The translations under genes and the position numbers were made by a program. Positions 57,450-64,000 of a DNA stretch of 64,000 nucleotides are shown piece after piece. A model generated the notes under the pieces. That model saw nothing but the letters and a program-made list of their open reading frames with translations. It did not search any database and was not told the DNA's origin. The DNA lies in the IMG/VR virus record IMGVR_UViG_3300013307_000019; one strand, given 5' to 3'. Position 1 is the stretch's first letter. Each line of letters opens with the position of its first letter. Source of the DNA: an uncultured virus (IMG/VR IMGVR_UViG_3300013307_000019) (lineage: Duplodnaviria > Heunggongvirae > Uroviricota > Caudoviricetes).

Positions 57450-57761
57450 ATGACCGAGAATCTTGACGCAGTGTTCACGCACGCAGACGCAGTGCGCGCA
57501 GTACTGGAGTTCCACACCATCGCGGACCTGGCCGCGAAAGAGTATGCGCGCCGCGGGTACAGCCGCGCATACGTTGAGATTCAGGAGGACCGCGCGCGGG
57601 CATTCAAGGATATCGCTGACATGCTGTCAGATGAGGACATTCTGGCCGCAGTTCTTCGAGCCGCCGACATGCGAGAGGAGCGCGAGCAGGACAAGCGTGC
57701 TCACCTGGACTCTCTGCCCGAGCCTCAGAAGATTTTTCAGGACGACACCGAGGAGGCATGA
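57450..57761 (+). CDS. hypothetical protein
   Basis: SD GGAGG. Confidence 0.6.
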   Translation: MTENLDAVFTHADAVRAVLEFHTIADLAAKEYARRGYSRAYVEIQEDRARAFKDIADMLSDEDILAAVLRAADMREEREQDKRAHLDSLPEPQKIFQDDTEEA

Positions 57762-57833
57762 GTTGAGCTTCCTCTCTATCTGCATCCTCATCATCCTCAT
57801 CGGCACACTCTTAGGGAAGAAGAAAAAGAAGAA

Positions 57834-58049
57834 ATGAGCAAGTACAGCCCCGTCATCAGACGTGAGAAGGACCAGACCACCGGCACGTGGTTCGACGCTT
57901 ACAAGAGCACGCGCAACTACAAGCCCATTGACCTCGCGCATCCCTACAGCGCGGCCAAGATTACCCTCTGGGAAGAGGAGAAGACTGGCGTTGTCGTTCA
58001 GGATGTGGAGAAGTTCGAAACGTTCTTGAAGAGTGTGTCCCATGAATGA
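57834..58049 (+). CDS. hypothetical protein
   Basis: Coupled ORF. Confidence 0.55.
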   Translation: MSKYSPVIRREKDQTTGTWFDAYKSTRNYKPIDLAHPYSAAKITLWEEEKTGVVVQDVEKFETFLKSVSHE

Positions 58050-58257
58050 GGCACTGGGCGCAGTGGGACTCATCCTCGCGTACGGGGTTCTTTTCGGCTA
58101 CGTCATCCGGACTATCCACGTTCGTTCAATTCTTCGCACACAGCAACTTGAGGCCGCAGACAGGGCGGCAAGACTCGCACGAGAGGAGTTCGGGCGCAGG
58201 GACCGAGAAGCACACCGCCCCATGGCACTCTTCGGACCCGACGAGTGGGGAGACTGA
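58042..58257 (+). CDS. small membrane-anchored protein
   Basis: N-terminal TM. Confidence 0.55.
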   Translation: MNEALGAVGLILAYGVLFGYVIRTIHVRSILRTQQLEAADRAARLAREEFGRRDREAHRPMALFGPDEWGD

Positions 58258-58276
58258 AAAAGTTTTTGGAAAGTGC

Positions 58277-58306
58277 TTGACACCTAGTGCACGTGTGCTG
58301 TAACGT
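58277..58306 (+). promoter_or_regulatory. host sigmaA-type promoter (class I)
   Basis: TTGACA-18-TAACGT; GTGCACGTGTGC spacer; CTACCAACCAA leader. Confidence 0.78.
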
Positions 58307-58335
58307 TGGTCCTACCAACCAACTAGGAGGACATC

Positions 58336-58722
58336 ATGGACATCAAGAACATCGACCGTATGTGGGATGAGCTTGACGAGTGGGCGGACAAGCGACTTCA
58401 GGAGTGGGCAGAGTTCATCGCTACGTGGGCGAACGACATCGACCCCGAGCAGGTGTACTTCTCAAGTTTCGCGCTTGAGGAGCTTGTTCAGAAGCAGTCG
58501 AACGCCACTCTCGCCCGCACGGTGCGCATCGTCCTTGACGGTCTGAAGCCCGAGCACGACGACCGTCTTGAGCGCATCGAGTCCATCGTGAAAGAGGCCG
58601 AGAACAAGATTCGTCACGCCAACCTCATGTCCAGCACGAGCATGCAGGCGAACGCCATGAGTCTCGCAGAGTTCCGCACCGCGAGCGGCATCCTTGATTT
58701 CATGTCCTGGCGCAACTACTAA
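58336..58722 (+). CDS. hypothetical early protein
   Basis: SD AGGAGG. Confidence 0.7.
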   Translation: MDIKNIDRMWDELDEWADKRLQEWAEFIATWANDIDPEQVYFSSFALEELVQKQSNATLARTVRIVLDGLKPEHDDRLERIESIVKEAENKIRHANLMSSTSMQANAMSLAEFRTASGILDFMSWRNY

Positions 58723-58723
58723 C

Positions 58724-58894
58724 ATGTTCTTCTCGGAGAGGTTCTGGGAGTTCGTGAGCCGGATGCACGTTCGTCGCTGTGGCAAGCACGGGCATGTAAT
58801 CTACATCGTGGGACACGTGGAGTACTGCACTCATTGCGACCTCCACAAAGAGCAGTGGGAACCTGGAATGATGGAAGCGGGGATGCACGCATGA
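58724..58894 (+). CDS. small Cys/His protein
   Basis: C..HGH.........C..C. Confidence 0.5.
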   Translation: MFFSERFWEFVSRMHVRRCGKHGHVIYIVGHVEYCTHCDLHKEQWEPGMMEAGMHA

Positions 58895-58981
58895 GACACA
58901 ACAAGACTCACTACAAGTGCAACCACCCGCCGTGCGTTCGAGCACGCGAAGAAGCAAAGCAAAAAACTTTGGCCGCAGGAC

Positions 58982-59011
58982 TTGACAGCGCTGAGGTTTG
59001 GTCGGTACCAT
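58982..59011 (+). promoter_or_regulatory. host sigmaA-type promoter (class I)
   Basis: TTGACA-18-TACCAT; TACCAACCAAGGAGG leader. Confidence 0.75.
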
Positions 59012-59037
59012 GGGGAGTACCAACCAAGGAGGACAAA

Positions 59038-59271
59038 ATGCTTACAATCCCCGCCATCAGCGTTCCGTTCAGCAACTACCTGACATACGGTGTGAAGTCT
59101 GACGGCACCCTGGCGTTCGTGTACGCACACGACACCGAGCGCGGCGCACAGATGAAGACTTCGCGTATCGGCAACGGCAACGACAAGCACTGGAAGCCGC
59201 AAGACCTCAAGAGTTGGGGTTTTGTCGAGGTTCAGGCCAAGTACCACACTGAAGGTGTCAAGGTCTGGTAA
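59038..59271 (+). CDS. hypothetical early protein
   Basis: SD AAGGAGG. Confidence 0.65.
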   Translation: MLTIPAISVPFSNYLTYGVKSDGTLAFVYAHDTERGAQMKTSRIGNGNDKHWKPQDLKSWGFVEVQAKYHTEGVKVW

Positions 59272-59472
59272 TGGCCACGGACGCGGAGATTCTTGAAGAC
59301 TTCCACTACGAGGAGTGTGACAAGAAATGAGATTCGACCTCATCACAGCCCTGGTAGTTCCGATTCTCTTGCTGTGGGGAGTTCCCTACAGCATCAAGAA
59401 TTTCCTGGACGGGGCGAGGACCCTCCACGAAGCATCACTGATACGCAGAAACCGACTGGCGAGGAGAGAACG

Positions 59473-59730
59473 ATGAGCGCACTGGACACCGCGACATACG
59501 AGCTTGCACAGGCCAAGCGGGAGATTTTCGAGAACATCGAGAAGCAGGCCGCAGACATCCAGTATCGCCTCAGGATGGGGATTTACGCGACCGAGCGTGA
59601 CTACGATGCAGACGAGTGCTGGGCGCGCTTGAAGGCCGCACAGGATGCCGAGCCGTGGGACATGGTTGGGACATTCGGGTACCTCGCAGAGCTTCAGCGG
59701 CGGGGACAGGTACGCGACCGCGACTTGTAA
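59473..59730 (+). CDS. hypothetical protein
   Basis: SD GAGGAG. Confidence 0.6.
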   Translation: MSALDTATYELAQAKREIFENIEKQAADIQYRLRMGIYATERDYDADECWARLKAAQDAEPWDMVGTFGYLAELQRRGQVRDRDL

Positions 59731-59749
59731 AAAAGTTTTGAGGTTTTGC

Positions 59750-59779
59750 TTGACACGTAGTGCAGGGACGCAGTAACCT
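59750..59779 (+). promoter_or_regulatory. host sigmaA-type promoter (class I)
   Basis: TTGACA-18-TAACCT; CTACCAACCAAGGAGG leader. Confidence 0.78.
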
Positions 59780-59804
59780 GTAACTACCAACCAAGGAGGA
59801 CCCA

Positions 59805-59957
59805 ATGGCAACTCTCATCGGCACAGACTACGCATCGATGCTGAACTACCGGATGAAGGTTCGGCTCTTCAGCGGTACACGAGAGGAGTGTGAGGAGCGT
59901 AAAGAGTTCTACGAGAAGCACAAGGAATACGGAGTCGGCAACCTCAAGATTTACTGA
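59805..59957 (+). CDS. small early protein (50 aa)
   Basis: Promoter, SD AAGGAGG, downstream hairpin 59978-60025. Confidence 0.6.
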   Translation: MATLIGTDYASMLNYRMKVRLFSGTREECEERKEFYEKHKEYGVGNLKIY

Positions 59958-60100
59958 CACACAGCACAAAACCAGAACCGCCATCGGGTGAGACTTTCAA
60001 ATGAGTCCCCGGTGGCGTTTCGTTTGTCCGAAGGAGCAGTTCTGATTATCAAGAAAATGAACGAGGCCATAGCTCACAGAAATGTGTCAACCTAGTTCAC

Positions 60101-60334
60101 ATGACAGACTCCACACAAGACAAATTGTCAGTCTCACTAGCCCTACAAGCCCTCTCAGAGGCCGCAGATGAGGTTAGACGGCTGGAAGCACTACTAGCAC
60201 AAGCCCGAGCCGTTAGAAACGGTATTCTCATGGACGCGGCAAGACACGTGTCTATCACGAGGCTAGCGCGCATCACCGGACTCTCACGCGAGCAGGCGAG
60301 CAAGATTGCAAGTACGCACTTGAGGGGCGTATAG
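60101..60334 (+). CDS. HTH DNA-binding protein
   Basis: R...L.DA...VSITRLARITGLSREQASKI. Confidence 0.65.
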   Translation: MTDSTQDKLSVSLALQALSEAADEVRRLEALLAQARAVRNGILMDAARHVSITRLARITGLSREQASKIASTHLRGV

Positions 60335-60340
60335 ATTAGT

Positions 60341-61273
60341 ATGCTCTCTCAAGTTACCGTCAAGAACTTCCAATCCCTAAGCAATGTCGCACTTGAGCTA
60401 AAACCATTCACGGTCATTGTCGGCCCCAGCAGTTCAGGCAAGAGCGCGTTTACCCGAGCGCTCAAGACACTGACCAGCAACGCCCGTGGAGATTCTTTCA
60501 TCAGCCACGGGGAGAACCAGTGTCTCATCAGCGCAAGCACCGAAGCTGGCACCGTGGCACTCATGCGAGGCAAGAAGAATGAGTATGCCATCATCCCCGA
60601 GCACGGCGACCAGAAGAGTTTCACGAAGCTCTCAGGGGGAACACCACAAGAAGTCTCAGAGTTCATCGGCATCCCAGCCAAGGACCCACTGAACTACTCC
60701 AATCAGTTCGACATGCCATACCTCTTGACGAGCAGTGCCGCAGAGGTAGCCCGTGAGTTGGGCGCACTCACGAATGTCAGCGTAATCTACGAGGCCGCAC
60801 GCGAAGCAAGCCGCAGACGCTTGCAGGCATCGAGCACACTCAAGACACGAGCCGCAGACTACGCGGACCTCACCAAGAATCTTGATAGATACCGCACGCT
60901 CAAGGACGACCAGCAGACTCTCGCTGACATCCAGCAACGGCAGGCTGTGGCGCAGGAGACTCAAACAAGAATTGATAGGCTGGCACAGGCCATAGCGGCA
61001 GTCGAGGCCATCCCCGAGGTTACCGAGCCGCGCGCCATCCCGGACTGCACTCAAGCAGTCGAGGCGCATCAGCGTCTAGCCCGCCTGGCATCACTCATCG
61101 CTCAAGTAGAGTACGCAGAGCTAGAAGCCGAGGGCGCAGGCGAGGACATTACCCAGTACAGCCTCAAAGCATGGCAGGCGCAGGAAGAGTACCTAGAAGC
61201 ACTACGCGAAGCAGGCACATGCCCGACATGTGGGCAGGACACACACCAACTGGAACATGCAGACACTCACTAA
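60341..61273 (+). CDS. SbcC/Rad50-like ATPase, N-terminal half ending at the Zn hook
   Basis: V.NFQS, GPSSSGKSA..RA, Q-loop NQFD, coiled coil, CPTCG. Confidence 0.8.
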   Translation: MLSQVTVKNFQSLSNVALELKPFTVIVGPSSSGKSAFTRALKTLTSNARGDSFISHGENQCLISASTEAGTVALMRGKKNEYAIIPEHGDQKSFTKLSGGTPQEVSEFIGIPAKDPLNYSNQFDMPYLLTSSAAEVARELGALTNVSVIYEAAREASRRRLQASSTLKTRAADYADLTKNLDRYRTLKDDQQTLADIQQRQAVAQETQTRIDRLAQAIAAVEAIPEVTEPRAIPDCTQAVEAHQRLARLASLIAQVEYAELEAEGAGEDITQYSLKAWQAQEEYLEALREAGTCPTCGQDTHQLEHADTH

Positions 61274-62198
61274 GAAACTCTCACCGGCAGAGCTTACGCT
61301 CAAAGCAGTTCAGCACGCACAGAAGCTTGAGGAGCAGAAGCAACGCGCCGAGGAGTGGGCGCGCTACGAAGCAGAGAACCGCAGGCTCCGTGACGAGCGG
61401 CTGGGCATCAAGCCCGAGAAGCCAAAGAAGATTTACGAGCACGGCACCCGCAGTCGCTACGACCAAGGATGTCGCTGTGACCCGTGCCGCGAGAAAATCA
61501 ATGCCACGGCCCGTGCGACCAGGGCCAAGAAGCGTGCGCAGATGCAGGCGGGCGAGCTTCCCAACTACTGTGGCACAGCCACGGGGTATCAATACGGTTG
61601 TCGCTGTGACAACTGCAAAGCCGCAAAGAGAGCGTACGTAGGAGAACGGTCACCACGACCCGTTGCACAGCACGGCACAGCAACCATGTATCGCAAAGGT
61701 TGCAGGTGCGAGCCGTGCAGGCACTCAAGAAGAAATGTCAAGCATGGCAAGCCTCAGACATACCGTGAGGGTTGCAGATGCTTGCACTGCACCAAAGCAT
61801 GGGCGAGCTACCAACTACCGTTGAACCGGGAGCGTCGAGGCACGAAGGTTGAAAGAGTCGAGGCTGAGCCGTACATATATCACATGGCTTCCAAATATGG
61901 AGATTTGACAGGACCGCAGTACTACCGGTTGCACCCCGAGGAGATTCCCGCACACGTGCACGGGACCTCAGGTGGATACAGCAACTACAACTGTCGCTGT
62001 GATGCTTGCACAGAGGCGCACAGCGCTGGCCTGGCACGCAGTAAGGAACGCAGGCTGACGAGGCCTATCCCCCATCACGTTCATGGGACGAGCAACGGCT
62101 ACGGCAACTATGGGTGTCGCTGTAAGCCATGCACGAAGGCATGGAGTGCAGAATCAGTCGAGCGCGCTAGGCGCAGGCGGGCGAGGAGCAACGCATGA
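61257..62198 (+). CDS. protein with six HG-x4-Y-x3/4-CRC-x2-C repeats
   Basis: Repeats visible in the translation. Confidence 0.75.
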   Translation: MQTLTKKLSPAELTLKAVQHAQKLEEQKQRAEEWARYEAENRRLRDERLGIKPEKPKKIYEHGTRSRYDQGCRCDPCREKINATARATRAKKRAQMQAGELPNYCGTATGYQYGCRCDNCKAAKRAYVGERSPRPVAQHGTATMYRKGCRCEPCRHSRRNVKHGKPQTYREGCRCLHCTKAWASYQLPLNRERRGTKVERVEAEPYIYHMASKYGDLTGPQYYRLHPEEIPAHVHGTSGGYSNYNCRCDACTEAHSAGLARSKERRLTRPIPHHVHGTSNGYGNYGCRCKPCTKAWSAESVERARRRRARSNA

Positions 62199-62539
62199 GT
62201 TACACACCAAGAGTGCTGAGAGCATTTTCTGTGAATCACAGAGCACTCAGACGCGGCACACCGTTCAACAATATTCTTCAGTACCTTGACGAGCTTAAGC
62301 ATCAGCTTGACCGCATTGAAGCACGACAGGTTCATGTGCCAGCCGCGCCTCAGCCGTACACCGTGCCATATCCTCAGCCACAACCATGGTGGGCACCCAA
62401 CCAGGGACCGTTTTGGGTAATCAGTAGCAGTGAGGGCACACAGACATCCAACGCAACAAACAAGTGTCAGTGTTTGTGTCACGTAGAGCCTGGCGTATCT
62501 CACGTCAATCCTTGCTGTAACTTCCCACCGGCCAAATGA
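62195..62539 (+). CDS. hypothetical protein
   Basis: ATGA overlap; Pro/Gln-rich, Cys-rich tail. Confidence 0.55.
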   Translation: MSYTPRVLRAFSVNHRALRRGTPFNNILQYLDELKHQLDRIEARQVHVPAAPQPYTVPYPQPQPWWAPNQGPFWVISSSEGTQTSNATNKCQCLCHVEPGVSHVNPCCNFPPAK

Positions 62540-62692
62540 CACCTGAACAGGCACTCAAAGAGTGCAGGGCGAAGATACGCGAGATATCCGAGCAGTACAC
62601 AGGTTCACGTGAAGACAGACTGAGACTCAACTCACTCAGGGTTATCGAGCGCAGGCTTGCACAAGAGATAGAACGAGGCGTATAGATATCTT

Positions 62693-63898
62693 ATGCTTGA
62701 AGTTCTTGCGACTATCGTCATGGGTGGATTGGGTGGAGCATCCATCGGTCTCGTTGTGGTTTCAACCGTGAGTTTGTTCCGCACTCGCGCAGACATGAAG
62801 AACACAACCAAGAAATACGCTGAGCTTACGCTGTCACAAGAAAATGGGCGCCTGTCTCTTTCGGCTGAGATTAGAGCCGAGATTGAAGAAACACCTGAAT
62901 GGTGGCAAGCGAAGTACGACGCATTGCTCATGGATGTAGACCCAGAGGCTTACGCGAAAGAGCACGCACCGGACCCGAACCGCAAGAGTTGGAACAAGTA
63001 CAGCACCGCGTATCTTCTGGGCGCGTGCGACGATATGCATGAGTGGATGAGTACCAACACTCAAGCGCTGGCCACCAATGACAGTGTGACGTGCTCAAGG
63101 TGTCGTGAAGTCTTCTACGTGACAGCCATCAAGCAAAAGCGGGGACCACTCCAGCGCAGTTGGAACAAGTATTCAGACATGTACATTGTCAGTGCGTGCG
63201 ACCGTGTGCACGAGTGGATTCAACAAACTGAGTCTAGGATGCTGGCAGGCGACCAACTGACATGTGACTGTGGCGAATGTGCAGGAGTTCACATGGTGCA
63301 GGGAGTCGATACAAGATTCGGCTCCAAGAGTGTCAAGTATCAAAAGCGTGACCTCGCGGCATTGCGCACTCAAGACCTTAAGGATGAGGCTGAGAAACTC
63401 AGGGCCAGGGCAGAGCAGAAGTCTTGGGAGAGCATTGAATCCCTGAACAAGAAAATGAACCTGCCCTCTTACGAGAGTCTGAACGCAACACTTGAGCAGT
63501 TGTCTAAGCCAGTAGTTGTTAGCGAGCCAGAGCCATTGAACTGTGAGCGCGCCATTACAGAGGCAAAAGAGTTCTACAAGCGTAGGATTGGACGCTCACC
63601 CGGCTACCCGCTGTACGTATCAACAAAGCACGGCGATATGATTATCAAGTTCCGTGACGCAGAAGTGCTCATGGATGTCAACGGCGATAAAACACTTTCA
63701 ACCAAAACGGATATCTGGTTCGAGTCTCACACCGAGGCATGGGACCATATGAAGATTGGTGAGCCGTACGCAAAGTCAAGTTGGCCCTACTCGCATGGAA
63801 CCATGAAGAGTTACAAACAGGGATGCGCTTGCATGGAGTGCACTCACGCTTACGAGTGGGGCAAGAAAACCAGTAACTACAGCTACCGCGCATTCTGA
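62693..63898 (+). CDS. membrane-anchored protein with a duplicated Cys/His domain
   Basis: N-terminal TM; two SWNKYS..Y...ACD..HEW...TC units; C-terminal HG..CAC..C. Confidence 0.7.
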   Translation: MLEVLATIVMGGLGGASIGLVVVSTVSLFRTRADMKNTTKKYAELTLSQENGRLSLSAEIRAEIEETPEWWQAKYDALLMDVDPEAYAKEHAPDPNRKSWNKYSTAYLLGACDDMHEWMSTNTQALATNDSVTCSRCREVFYVTAIKQKRGPLQRSWNKYSDMYIVSACDRVHEWIQQTESRMLAGDQLTCDCGECAGVHMVQGVDTRFGSKSVKYQKRDLAALRTQDLKDEAEKLRARAEQKSWESIESLNKKMNLPSYESLNATLEQLSKPVVVSEPEPLNCERAITEAKEFYKRRIGRSPGYPLYVSTKHGDMIIKFRDAEVLMDVNGDKTLSTKTDIWFESHTEAWDHMKIGEPYAKSSWPYSHGTMKSYKQGCACMECTHAYEWGKKTSNYSYRAF

Positions 63899-64000
63899 GA
63901 GGAAACAAGATAATGAGCACAAGCCCTGAGAAGCCCACACAGCACACAGAACAGTGGGAGAGTATCTTTGGTCATCCGGTCCCACACAAGCCCGCAGAGA

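Overview
A 64-kb segment of a large, apparently lytic, tailed actinobacteriophage (high GC, siphovirus-type tail genes, Lsr2, leaderless genes). The layout resembles the large Microbacterium-type phages, but that assignment is inference. All credible genes lie on the + strand. Order: end of the tail module and a holin (1-12.2 kb); a replication/recombination/transcription block with SNF2-like helicase, two sigma-like factors, MazG, DnaB, ThyX, primase-polymerase, HolA/HolB-like clamp-loader subunits, family A DNA polymerase, gp32-like SSB, RuvC-like resolvase, RecA and Lsr2 (12.2-33.9 kb); a 15-kb RNA-rich island with about 40 tRNAs covering all 20 amino acids, a probable ~790-nt GOLLD-type RNA and many small structured RNAs (33.9-48.9 kb); an endolysin; and short host-sigma-driven 'early' genes with nicotinate phosphoribosyltransferase, a half-length SbcC and Zn-finger repeat proteins (49-64 kb). 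Three promoter classes are visible. The most striking observation is a 67-nt hairpin RNA at the head of the tRNA operon. Its loop is antisense to a conserved TACCAACC(AAGGAGG) leader/Shine-Dalgarno tag carried by about 10 TTGACA-promoter genes, suggesting one phage sRNA that shuts off a whole gene class. All calls were made by eye; no searches or folding programs were run.
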